A DNA stretch of 64,000 bases from Pavona decussata (Eukaryota), in assembly GCA_977016875.1 (NCBI GenBank), contig CDRNST010000035.1:310001-374000 (forward strand), written 5' to 3'. Below, one piece after another: positions 51,301 to 63,395 of this stretch; positions within the stretch are counted from its first letter, which is position 1; each line of letters opens with the position of its first letter. The notes under the pieces are model-generated. The model saw only the letters and a list, made by a program, of their open reading frames with translations, was not told the DNA's origin and made no database searches. Both the position numbers and the translations under genes were made by a program.

Positions 51301-54300
51301 NNNNNNNNNNNTGGCTCAAACAGTTTCCTTTTTATCACTGCATACTGAAATGATGGTATCAAACAAATGCTTAAACATTCGCAAACAATTTATGCTCATT
51401 TTTTCGTCAATTGCAATCACCATGTCAAGACGCAACGTTTTGCAAAAAAAAAAAAAAAGGGGGGAGGGGTTCAGAGCCATTTTAAATTTTCGAAAATGAA
51501 AGGTGGCTTTACATGCTGATTACAAGCCTAAAGTAAAAATAGGGGTCCCACTACGTTTCGATGACTCCATGTCATCAATCATCAAGTATCAAAAACAACT
51601 ATCAGCTATCTAGGACCAAAGTACTTTAATTCTTTAAATAAAGACATTTGTAACTGGGTATTTCTTTTCTCCTTTAATTCCAGCCTTAAAAAGATATATC
51701 TATAGCAACTGATAAATCTGTTATCATCATTTTAACCTTACATGTAATGTTTTTTTCAAATGCATATCGTACGTCGTTTTATGATTGTCTCAACTGCAAT
51801 TGTATCAACCGTCTCACAGTCTATAAACCTCTTATGTAATAGCAATGCCATGAGCTAGCCTTATTCCATAAGCCATATGGTTTCTCCTGAGGCTTCCTCA
51901 TCACTTTCTCTGTCATCTCTTTTCTTCCGCTCATATGTCATTTTTTCAACGTGCGTGGTGAAATAAATAAAAAGAAATTTAAAAACTGTAATTTATTCAG
52001 CAATAATTGGGCATTTGTGTGAGTTATTGTTGTATTAGCTGAAAAATAGTGGTAATATTGATCCATCAAAGTTTAAAAGCTTAAAAGTGCTAGAATGATA
52101 TCGCTCAAGTTTATATACAAGGAGTCTAACACTGAATAGGAAACACTCAAGATTAACATATGTTGGTTTTCCCTCCCACATTTTTTACTTAAGTTTATAA
52201 CTTTTGTATTAAGTTGTTTCTGGTCATTCACTAACTGTAACATAAAGCTCAGAAGGTGTAATGAGGATACTATTTCCAAACTAATCACCAAGTAAAGTTT
52301 CAGGACGATTGGGCTTTGACAAGTGCCAGTCACCTTCAAAGAAAAACATGCCAGATTTTCAGCAGATTCGAAGTTTTTTTATAACCGCCGCTTTCAAACA
52401 ACTTGATAGGGCGAGTGACTAACGTCGACTTCGGTTTCTTTGATTGGTTTGTAACCTGTCAGACGAAAGATTTGGCTGCACATAAGATTGCCTGGTCTTA
52501 TTCCTTTGGCGCAAAGTACATCCACGTGCTAATTTCTTGTGATCTCCGTCCTTCTTGAGCTTTTTATCCTTAGCAAGCCTTAACATTTCATGGGGGAGAA
52601 TATAGGATAAAGTCATTCAGTTGTTTTTCCTGCTTTGAATCGAAGTGATTATAAATGGAAGAACACGAGATTTATCCGCAAAGATTTCGTTTCGTTCAAC
52701 TATTTCGGTGGTTACATATTTCCGAACTGTAAAATCTGGCAGCACCTTACTGGTACGAATTTGAAGGTGGCACCGTTATCTGTTTCCGAAGTGGGTACAA
52801 AACGTGTAAGAATAGGCGGTCCAGATTACGCTGTGAAAAATAGTCCTCTCATTGCAAATTTGTCCGAATTCGATTTGGTCTCTAACACACTAACTGGCAT
52901 CTGTTGGCTCAAGAGCTGTAATAGACAACTGAAACATAGATTATTAGCAAAAAAATTTCAAGCCATTTTTTTCTCAGAACACCTGTCCACAGACTAAAGG
53001 CTAGTTAGTTGTACCAACCTTTCCAAGTGTAGTGAATTTGTTTCATTTGCTTGCCTTTGACCCATAAATAAAGTCTTCCTGGCCCCGTCATATTGCAAGT
53101 AAAGCTTCGTAAAACTCACGCCAAATGCGAGAAACAAGAAAAAGAAACAAACGAAGAACTTTATTACATCTCCTAACATCTGGGTGAAAGCCTGCAACAG
53201 CGGTCCAGTGATAGAGTTGGCTTGAATAAATGAGAAGTTGTGGATGAATGCTAATAAGATTCCAACTGCCCGAAAACATTCAGAAATTAGCAGGGTCGCG
53301 TATGCGTGATCTTTCACATGGTTTTCCCACACCATGGAGGTAACTTTTCCGGATAACACTCCGTAGCAAGCCCACCAAATAACGTGGTGTAGAAAAAATG
53401 CCGTCATCGCTGCCATATAATTGTAATTCCAATAGTTAGAAAAGAACCGGGATCTTCCTAGCTGGAAAGCATCTGTAATGAATTCCACCAGCAGCCCAAT
53501 GAAGAATACGAGAACAATCCAGTCTTTGCAAAACACAAATAAAAAAAGCAGTTAATTCATAACAATTGTGATCGTACACAGTATGGATTCTCGTGTCTTT
53601 GTTATATCATATTAAGCAAACTATTACCAATTATTACCAATGGATAAGTGATTACCAATGGATAAGTGAGGTGCTCAGGACCAGGTTACCGCCGCCCAAA
53701 AAGGAGCAATATTGAAATCGTCAACCCTTTGGATACTTACAACACATATTTGCGTTGAAAACACTGTTCGTGCCTTCCGGTGATTTTCTTCTTGTTTAAC
53801 TTAAGTTACAATGTAGGAATAGCACCAACGGTGAATTTTGCCATCGTCGCGACCAACAAACCGACTAAACCTCCCGATTTTCGCTGCATATATGGGAATC
53901 CCGAATCATCGGGTTTGGATTCGAGTTGGACCGCACCAGTCAGGGTGCAACCCTAAATGACATGGAAAAATATTTCCGCTTCCTCCTAAGTAAGTGAGAC
54001 CAAAATCCGTGTTGTTACACCCGTAAACGACCTCCGTGATTTACAGACTGTACTGATGTTGATTGAACAATAAACGGAACAGTTCAATTTATAATAACAA
54101 TATTACATTATAAAAACAATATATTTTCTCACTTTCAATACCTATAAATAAGGCTTTTCCGTTATTTCCATTTTACTCATTTGGCAATGACGATATGAAG
54201 TCGTCGAAACGTCATGCTGTTTTACTATCGTAAATTTTCTTGTTGAAAAAAAAATTTAGACGACAAAATCATTTTAAAGTTTGAGGCACTGTTAACTGCT

Positions 54301-56486
54301 TTCTGTCGCCTTCCTTCATATGCGGCTACCCGAGGGTCAGTCGCCTCAGACTTTCCAATGAAATTAGAATTTGCAAACTTTATCTCGTTCTTTGAAATGT
54401 AAGTCACCTTAGCGTTTCGAAAAGGAGGGCGTTATAGCCCCGTATTTGTCCTTTAGATAACATTTAATTCTTTAACATTGTCTTGTCCTTCGAAAAAGCG
54501 CTTACCGCGGGGATAGTATCAGTGTCTCTCCCTAACTACAGCCCGTCCCCCCCCCCCCCCCCCAATTAAGCAACGAAAAGGCTTAATGAGCAAAACAATT
54601 CCTCTGAACTTGCGTTATATGTTTTTGTACGTTTCTTTCCTGTCATCAGAAAAACAACAACGTGAAATGTAGCAACTCGAAGTCCAACTCGAACTCGAAC
54701 TCGAATCCAAACTCGATGATTCCGCACTCCCCATTCGTTTCGTTTGGGAACAAAGCCCAAAACGCCAGTTTGTCGGCCAAAGAACAACACCAAAACTTAC
54801 ACTTATTTGTCGTCAATTTTTAATCCAAAAATTTGTTAAAAAATGAAAAGTCTACATTTACAGCAAACCTCAAGGTCAGACCTTGGTATCTGACTGGAAG
54901 TTTTCCTCTCAACGTTTCCCGCGGGCTATACTTCAGCTATTTTATCAGACCCTGTCTTGCGTATCTCAAGTTACCTCGTTGACGCCCGAAAAATAATTCT
55001 GGGTAATTCAGCCATAGCACGACCGTAGAACTCCCCCTCTTTCCATTTCATAGATCCACCCAGTACTACCAGCAAAATAACGAATCCATTGAATTTTTTA
55101 CTACTCCAAACTTGCCCAAATTGCCTTGGTAGGTCCTGGAATTCATCCACAAAGCAGCCAGAGAGACAACTTCACTCGTGGGCCTCCATGTTTGCTACAC
55201 AGCATGTTTGGCGACTCTTTAAGCATGAAAGCATTCTTCACCTCTGTTTTCTTTCAGAGGCTTGCCTCTACCCACATTCCAGCTTAATGATACCAGACTG
55301 GGGGCTTCTTCAAGGGAAAATGGCTCGAAAAAACCTATATTTTTGTGTCTCGAGTACTCGACAAACTGAATTCAGTTTACTTATTACATGGTTAACCTCC
55401 TCATTGGCAATCTTTCTCTTTGTCATGACACAATTTTTTAGAAGTTTTTGGCTCATTTTGATTGTTTTGTTACCCCTCTAAGTTTCATTTTTAAAGTTTC
55501 AATAGACTGGAGCTAAGGCGGAAGGCGGAATTCTTTCTCACCCTTCCAACTCCACCGAAGAACGCGATCTGAATATGTCTAAACTAAGGGAAACATCTCC
55601 TGTTTTACTCACCAATAATGGAGTACTGCAAAAAAAATGCAGTGTGCCAAGGTAATGAAATCAGCAAAAGAAACGTTTGGTATAACCCACAGTGTATTAG
55701 AAACTTCACACAGGGGGAGTGAAACATTCTAGCAACCTCGTGATGCGGAAAACAGCTGTCGAATACTAGCCAAACCATGAAAACCAGAGGGAAGAAACCA
55801 GACATCAATAATATTACCAAAAATTGTTTCCAGGCACTTTTCTCTAGGAAAGGAACATATTTATACACTTCTGAATTTAACACAAGTTGGCTGTACGGGT
55901 GACAAACAAACTGCAAAGGAAGGAAAAAGAAGATACCGTGTATCAGTATATACTTTAAACTGTTTTTTTATTATTATTATTATTATTATTTAAGTTACGA
56001 CATTTTTAAGGTAAACATGTTTCGGATGAAACTTCATCCATCTTCAGTACAAAACCCACTAGTGGGTGTGAAATAAATAGAAGTACACAATATAGCTTAT
56101 TATAACGTGACAATAAATATAGAGCAAACAATCAATTATAACGTGACAATAGCTAATTACGGCGTGACGATAACAAAGGAAGGAACAGAAAGTACATACT
56201 GAGTAGACAAACAAAGCTAAATAACTAGCGAAAGATTTGCACGAAAAATTGGCCTATTATGTATAGGTTTCTCCCAATGAATATGTAACGCCCCCTTGAT
56301 TTTTAGCTGGAAGCGGATGGCGGAGTCAATGGAAAAACAATCTTCAGAACACAAAGCTCGGCAGTTTTCCGAGCTTTGAAGGTGATGTAGAATGTCGGAA
56401 TTTTTGTCAGTGCTGGAGGTACTCCTGGATTCGTGTAGCGGGATGTCGATTAGTCTCGCCGACATAACAGCCTAATAATAATAATA

Positions 56487-56549
<63 letters not shown>

Positions 56550-57660
56550 CGAATATTTATACAGGATAACCCCTCAGTATAGAATACTGTTATCAACGGG
56601 GTCCTGTTGACTAAGAATTAAAAACTTACAAATAAGAATAATTAAAATATGTAAAAGCAAAACATGCACTAATTTAGAACTACAGTAAAAATTTACAGAT
56701 AAAAATCGTCCAAGGCTTTCCTGAATAAAAATCTAGAATTAATGTTTCTCAGACTTAAAGGCAAAGAATTAAATATCGAGGCACCTAAAAAATAAAAACT
56801 ACAGCGTGCAAAATCCAGTTTGACCTTGGGCAGTTTTGCTGCTTTCCCATTGTTTCTAGTATTTAAAGCGTTATGATTCACTCGTTGAAAATGATTCTTA
56901 AAAGGAGAGCATACAGTTCCATTAAGGCAGTCAAATACAAGACAGAATGCTTTCTTTTGTAAAAAGTTGTCATTTGTACACAGCCTGCGCAAGAAAACTT
57001 ATACACTACACGAGATCATGGTGACCTGGGTACTCTTTCTTTGACACTGAACAAATTCCTTAATTTGTATGGGGGAAAGACCATTACTTAATGTCAAAAT
57101 TGTTGCAAAACTGCTGAGTAAGACGCCTAATTTTACATTGAGTCGTGTCGGAAAAAGGGCCAACGAAAGGTAATTTATAATAGTGGATCAATGTTTTCCT
57201 GCAGCTGGTGCATGTTTTGGTAGGACTGAGTAAGGGACTTATTGAAATAATATTTGCTGTTCCTTCCTTTGTTATCGTCACGCGGTAATTAGCTATATCT
57301 CTACATTTCTTGTCACGTTGTAATTGGTTGTTTGCTCTATATTTATTGTCACGTTGTAATTAGCTATATTGTATACTTCTTGTATTTTTTTCACACCGAC
57401 TAGCGGGGTTTGTACTGAAGATGGATGACGTTTCATCCGAAACATGTGACTGTGATAAAAATTATTTCACACCTGCTGACTCTACGAAAACGTTAAATTG
57501 TACGTTCACAATATTTAGAATGCCGCGAGATAGAAACACCAATCCATTGAAATTGGAAAGAATAGGTCCACAAGAGTAACCAATGATTTCTGCAACACTT
57601 CTTTTCAGTTTTGTGAAAAAAATTCAGTAGCCTATTAAATACTTTCCCGAGGTTTTTGTT

Positions 57661-57696
<36 letters not shown>

Positions 57697-59085
57697 AGGA
57701 ACGACTACTCTGCTTAGAATGGATGTAGTTAAACTTCTATGATTCGTTTGACTTCCAACTGTTTTTTTTAGTGATAGAATAGAATTAAAAAATCCTTCTG
57801 CCTGTGACTGATTTGAACTAAATACTGTGGTGTAAAAATTATGTCATTACTCTTGGTCACATTCTTGGTTTTCTCGATTTCGGTAAAGCAGCGCTACAAT
57901 GGCATAAAATGTAAACGTTAAGGCAATAGACTTAAAAGAAATGGAAAGTCAAAATTTGGAAAAATGTCAAAATGTTGTTGTCATGCAAAGTTGCATTAAC
58001 TAAGACATCTCATACCAAATGGTCACCAGGTTCGTTATAAGAAAAGTTACAATATTCGGTAACTTTTACTTCAAATTTTATAAGGTTGTAAATCTTCAAA
58101 GAGAGCGCGGGCACTTTCTATCCTCCACTTCCCTCCTGCTAGGTTAATTAAGGTAAAAGATGATTATCTTTACAAGGAATGTTTCGGGATATAAAGAATA
58201 TATGTAAATCCGGTATACCTTCTCATTTCTGGTTGCGATGGCGAATTCAAGAATGTTTAAGAGCTCTTTCTCTATGTTAGGCGTTATTCCTTCCTCATTT
58301 CTCATCTCCATGACGCATCTGATCTCTTTCGTGGAGCGGCATTCGTTGAGCAAGGCCACGGCGAACTCTTTGCAACCGTCAGCGAGCTCGATATACTCCT
58401 TTTTGAACTCGTATTCTTTCTTGGCAAAAGTACACAGTTCTTTGTTCAGGAGGCATGTTCGATAAATGGGATCCGGACCACTTTGCACGTTTCGAAGAAA
58501 TGAGGCTGCAATGTACAGGGGGTTAGTAAGCGCTCGGTAAAAGTTCAAACGGTACACGGCGGGTTGAAGCTTCTCTTTGGCCACTCCATTGGAATTTGTA
58601 GGCCACTGAGGATTTGTTGGATCGCAAATAGTGAAACCATGTTTCATAAAGAGTTTCACAATTTGCAAATTCTGCAAAAAGATCCCAAGCATAAATGGGG
58701 TGACGTGCCCTTGGCGTTTCAAGGCACTTACTGCACACAATGACGGCGGGCGGTGAAATTTGAGAAGAACTTTCACACCACCAACATCACAGTCATTAAC
58801 TGCATGAAACAAGGCTTGCTCCAAGTCTGCTCCGCTGCTTAGCAAGGTTCTGATCATGTCGTTTCGAACTTTTGTATCTTGCAGGCTCCCTGCTACTTGC
58901 AGAGCTGTTTTACCGGAGCTGTTCAGGCAATTCAGGTCGCATTTCGGTTTCGACAAATTTAAAGTTTCTCTCACACTCTCCAAATCTCCTTTCCTGATCG
59001 TATCAAAAAGATTTCGTTGCACGTTGTTAATCGGACGATAAATATCCACTGATATTTCTTCAAGGAAATGGTTTGTTGCTTCCAT
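48317..59085 (-). CDS. Short transient receptor potential (TRPC-family) cation channel, 746 aa
   Basis: Exons 59085-58219 (ankyrin-like repeats, RLNFYRALTNP, EYEFKKEY), 55910-55613 (FVCHPYSQ, PCVKF, S1), 53523-53019 (S2-S5, GPLLQAFTQMLGDVIKF), 51053-50855 (pore ETIFWSLFG, S6 VVALNMLIAMLNESF), 50283-50122 (TRP box EWKFMR, LPSPFN), 48822-48769, 48472-48317 (…GQSTKL*). Phases 0/1/2/0/0/0 are consistent; total 2241 nt. Confidence 0.92.
49200..49636. mobile_element. Degenerate MITE in a TRPC intron
   Basis: Imperfect TIRs TATGTATCAGTCAATTCCAG…/…TTGGAAATATTTGATATATTA with C-rich and G-rich subtermini. Confidence 0.5.
50323..50480. mobile_element. Short MITE in a TRPC intron
   Basis: TIRs AATAGCTTTTTTCACGGTT…CTCATTTGAATTACAATG / CATTGTAATGCAAATGAG…AACCGTGAAAAGGGCTATT. 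Confidence 0.75.
51139..51311. other. Assembly gap (inside TRPC intron 3)
   Basis: Run of N; the flanking exons join in frame without needing it. Confidence 0.99.
51590..51972 (+). mobile_element. 5'-truncated CR1/L2-like LINE 3' fragment
   Basis: Translates as ISYLGPKYFNSLNKDICN…SLKKIYL*, like an ORF2 C-terminus, then a 3'UTR ending AAATAAATAAA. Confidence 0.6.
53633..53668. repeat. 18-bp tandem duplication
   Basis: ATTACCAATGGATAAGTG x2. Confidence 0.85.
56011..56050 (-). ncRNA. Minimal hammerhead-ribozyme-like motif (Penelope pLTR)
   Basis: Minus strand reads CTGAAGA-T-GGATGA-AGTT-TCATCC-GAAAC-ATGTTTA. Confidence 0.6.
56474..56979 (-). mobile_element. 5'-truncated CR1/L2-clade LINE nested in the Penelope element
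   Basis: ORF2 C-terminus …NTRNNGKAAKLPKVKLDFARCSFYFLGASIFNSLP…FRKALDDFYL*, 3'UTR, and (ATT)n tail at 56474-56549; flanked by ACAGCCT (56467-56473, 56980-56986). Confidence 0.85.
57412..57448 (+). ncRNA. Minimal hammerhead-ribozyme-like motif, second copy
   Basis: CTGAAGA-T-GGATGA-CGTT-TCATCC-GAAAC-ATGT. Confidence 0.5.
57657..57696. repeat. (TTG)n microsatellite
   Basis: Directly visible. Confidence 0.95.
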
Positions 59086-60264
59086 TGGAATCTGGACAAG
59101 TATGAGTGGTAAAGGGGAATGATATTTTCAAGCCTTCCTGATTTCTTCTTTGTGTCTCGGGTTTCTAGAACGGGTAAGCGTGTCGTCGATACCTCTTCAA
59201 TTTTTGTTTCAGCGCATCATAAAATATGATATAACTATCTGCTTTAATATACCAAGTTATTACTGCTAAAAAATTCAAGCATTCATTGTTTAGACAGTTT
59301 TGAACAGGTGGTATACTGCATTGAATATTCCTTAATATTCAGTAAGTATAAGCTTTTGGATCATTTGGTTTTTGACATGAACTATCTAATGCTCTTTTAT
59401 ATCTGTATTGGAACCCAAGCGTCAGAATTAACTAAGGACGTACGAATTGTTTCCTGGAAAAAAGAAAAAAGTAACTTAACCGGCAATCATCTAATATGAC
59501 TCAATTAAGTACTCGCAAAGATTTTATGTAATAAAAATTCGTTATGGTATTCAGTATCTGTAGACTTTGAAACAGGTGGTTTATTTGTTATTCGTTAACA
59601 CTGGCTCAACTTATTCGTTAAAATTCTTGAAAATTAACATCAGAGGTTATTTGGAGATTGTTACAAAATTGTCACCGAATGGCCCCAGAAAAATTTATAC
59701 AAGAAATACTTAATGTAAAGAAAGGGTTTTGATGGCTGACTTAGCATTTAGCAATTCCCTCGAGGGTACATTTTACTGATTAATCCGTTTTTCCCAAAGC
59801 AGTGCACCGAGAAAGGTTAAATTACTCTTACAACAAAATTTATGTCCACAGGAAAACAAGATTAATAATTGAAAGGAAACTTTCTGAGGCAAACAGGGTA
59901 AAACAGGGTAACTGAAGCCGGGACGTTGATAAATTATAGCAAACATAAGTACCAAGAATTATCAGGGAAAGTGCCTAGGTTTTATTGTTTTTGTAAATGC
60001 CGGTTTAATTAAGGTCTTGCTTAATACAGATATAATATGAAGGCTCCAACGATAAAGCATTTCCATTCGTTGGATGTACCAGTGTCCGGCGTTGTTCCAG
60101 GTCTGTTTCAGATTACCATCCTTTTCCCTTCCGTCACCTTACTAAGTACAATTTACCGCTCATTGGCCTATTTAGTAATCTTGTTCTAGTTTTTCTGTGG
60201 TTCCAGCAGAAGAGTGTAACAAGTCGCTTCATGAGCTGGACAATTAATTGTTTATGGTAATGGC

Positions 60265-60535
60265 ATAGTCAATTGAGGGACTGGTTATGAAACCTTGCCA
60301 TGCCGAATGGTACTGCAATTTATGTTGAAAGGGCCTCGACGGTGCACAATCCTTTGTTTTAACGTCCATGCTACAGGTGAATATCTTAACAGGAACGCTT
60401 CTATTGGTCAGTTGTTCTAACACATTTCAAAATCTATTGTGGTTTGTGCGAGGCCAAGGCCAAGAATATATGCTAACAAAAACATAAAACAATGAAGTTT
60501 ATCAGGCTTCATAGCCATTGCCTTTTATTAACTAT
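60265..60535 (-). mobile_element. ~270-bp MITE-like repeat, copy 2
   Basis: Inverted copy of 27445-27709; termini ATAGTCAAT…ATTAACTAT. Confidence 0.8.
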
Positions 60536-61972
60536 ACTTTTGGGCAGCCGATTTTGTGCAGTGTTACAATGTGTTGCGTGTTTAACACCATTCAAGCTTT
60601 CAATTTGGAATTGCAGTCCGCTTTCAAGGCGAGAAAAATGTATGATTTTGCCGGTTTTAATCTATGTGTAGAAATAAAAGAGTTAAGCCTATTTAGACCA
60701 GGGACCAGAGACCAGGGGGAGGGAAAAACAGCACAGACTATAGAAATTTATGAACCAAACTTACCGACTTTTTCTAAGTCACCGCTCAGCAGTGAAGCTC
60801 AGTGACCTTCAGTCAAATGGTGACCGAACACGGCGCTGTGTTGTGTATGGAAAATGAATGCTCCTCCATGCATAAGCCTTCTGGCAAAGAACTACTTGGC
60901 ATAAAATGTCGTCTTTCTTCGATTTTATTTAACGTAGTCATAAAACATGTAATATATTCATTTTACTGAGAGTAGCGATGTTTTCGTTATGGAACTTGCA
61001 TACTCTTAACTTACACTGATATCAAAATTTATCTCATTTTTCACAGTCATAGTAAATTTACGCGCATTGAATTTTTTTTAGCTAGGTTGATCTGTGATAG
61101 ATACTTACACTTCCTTGATTTCCCAACTAGCCTCTTTAGAAAACGAAATCGTGCCACAGAGCACGGTTTTCGGCCTGAAGTTTCATCGATTTGCTTTTGG
61201 CCGCCCATTCAGCAAACCCGCGAGAACTTACTGATTTGTGGCAAGCAAGGCAGCGCTAACGCAGACGTGTCAATGGTTAAGAAAAGAAAACAACAACAAC
61301 AATTTCAACTGACACAGTTACCAAAGCTGATGTTGACGTTCATTGCGGCATTCTTTTGTAAATAAATCAGCAAACTAACGTTCAGTAAATTCTTCATACA
61401 CTGCACCATTGTAGGATAGCGCGGTGAAATTTTATTCTAATCTCGTCTTTGTCCTTGGTATACGCTGAATAACGTATTTGTGACAAATAAACATTGAGGC
61501 CCAGGTGAGGTACGAGAGGCAACCTTTCTGAATCGTCCTCAGTTAACACTTTTAAAATCATGTGACGAATAATAAAATCTATATTAACCTTCAATGAATC
61601 CTTTTGACAGTGACCTTTACAAAATGATATTTTCACCGCAACAGCCAAGTGCGAATCTATATGGGCTCACTCGTCGAACATCGAATGAGAAGAATTACAA
61701 CTAATTTTGTTAACAAAATATATTCTATATGGTCATTTCCAGCAGATTGTCAGACGTCGAGCATCAAAAAGAAAAAGTCACTGTCGACCTATATCACTCA
61801 GTGGAGCAGGAACTTGTCAATTGAAAATTTAGCCATCAAGTAATATTATGCTAGATGATGCTAGATTTTAAACCTTTTGAGACCATATTGAGACCCAGGG
61901 TAAAACAAAAAGCAATCCCTTGGAAACAACCCCAACATTGACAATGTGTATGACAAGAGAACAAAACTCATG

Positions 61973-63395
61973 TTAGTCAGGCAAAATTGGTACACCAACA
62001 CGTTGGACTCGTTTCAATCTCTCAGGCGTTTGAGCTGCATAGTATTCTTCTAGCATTGCATTCGCGGCAGTTGGAGAAACATGACCTGGATGTGCTTCTT
62101 GAGGAATCCCTCTACTTGGGGTTTGCGAATTATGCACTTGCGGACCATGTCTTGGATAGTTGTAAAAGGCTGTTGGACCGGTCAGGCTTTGACCATCTAG
62201 AGATTTTGAACGATACCAAGTGACTCCTTCAGTGTTGTAATCTTCTCTTGGAAGTGCAAATGGTGGCGGGTTAGGGCTATCTTCCAACTGCCATAACTGG
62301 ACCTCCCTTACAGGCATCAATACATCCCCATTATACCTTCTGCTATCCTCTAGCTCTTTCGATTTCTTCTTTCCATTTTTTGTTGGTGACTTTGCCCTCG
62401 GATGGGGAGCAGTCATGTACCCCATAGGGTAATGTTCACGGCCCTCTTGGGATCTTGGAGGAATCATCCCCAACCTGACCATTCTCTCTTCAGTTTCGGG
62501 TCTTGTGTCTGATAGCACCGGTAAGCTTCCTCTCTTCCAGTCGGATTCACTGCGAGACCTGACATATCGACTTGCAGAAGAGGGTCGATAATCTGATCTG
62601 TTAAGTTCTTTGGAATACCTTGCTAAGGACCTTCCGACAATAAAAGGTTCATTTCCAGCTGCTCTTGCAAGCGAACTTGATCGCACCTCTTCTGGCGGTT
62701 TTTCTTTCAGAAACCAATTGGAACTGTTGTTTGGGGAAGGCACGGCCACAGAATTCGACCGGTCCACTCCCAATAAGACTTGGGCATGATCAACACCAGG
62801 AGATGGAATCGATTGCAATCTCTGCATTCGACTTTCACGTTTCCTGATCTGGTCCTTCCTAGAAATATGGTAATGAAAGAACGCATCACACAAGAGAATA
62901 GCTACTGTTCCTGTAGCAGCCATTTCTAATTTAATATAAACACAAGAATTGTGATAAACAGTTATATATCATTGTGTGATTACACCAGAATACTATATTT
63001 AGTGAATACAATTCACAAATAGCCTCATTTTTTCTGGAAATTGCGACATGTCTTGGACTTTGTTAATTTCTTCTTGAAATATGTAGTTCTCTTGCGGCAA
63101 AGGTATAATCAATAAAATTCCTCGATTTCACGAAATGTCTTTTATTTATTTCTTCACTGACATGACATGAAAAGGCGCACTTTTCAACAGAAGAAAGAAT
63201 CGTGGTCTACGGCACAAACTTAACATGTGTAACAAATAAAAAAGAAAGACAAATTATTGAAAAATATTTTTAGTTATCTAATTACCTGGCCCATAGAGTA
63301 CAAAATACAATGATGATACATAGTAGAACGAAAATCAATGCTGCTAAGCCAGCTACGAGACCAATGAACCAAGTCTCCTCTGTCAACTTCACCAT
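61973..63395 (-). CDS. Uncharacterised single-pass membrane protein with long disordered cytoplasmic tail (~331 aa)
   Basis: Exon 63395-63286 (MVKLTEETWFIGLVAGLAALIFVLLCIIIVFCTLWA, ATG in AACATGG context, acceptor at 63399-63400) splices in phase 2 to exon 62858-61973 (RKDQIRKRESR…VPILPD*). Upstream coding exons outside the window cannot be excluded. Confidence 0.8.

Larger units (their letters stand above)
56011..57448 (-). mobile_element. Truncated Penelope-like retroelement with inverted terminal (pLTR) copy
   Basis: Minus-strand decayed ORF YYKLPFVGPFS…NLFSVKE…SRVVYKFSCAGC//YVGETNRH…HHLQSSENCR…FQLKIKGALHIHWEKP corresponds to the Penelope linker plus GIY-YIG endonuclease. 56013-56185 and 57260-57447 are inverted copies of each other. 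Confidence 0.85.

Noticed and set aside
54676-54718. AACTCG tandem hexamers giving a VRVRV ORF
   Set aside because: Short degenerate microsatellite within an interspersed repeat; not coding or CRISPR-like.
54880-55481. ORF-like stretch in TRPC intron 2 with an LSWNV-like motif on the minus strand
   Set aside because: Multiple stops and no further endonuclease motifs in register; at best a decayed element I cannot assign.
62859-62923. ORF-track start MAATGTVAILL… for the 316-aa ORF
   Set aside because: A clean acceptor at 62859-62860 joins in phase to an upstream TM exon, so this segment is more likely intron.
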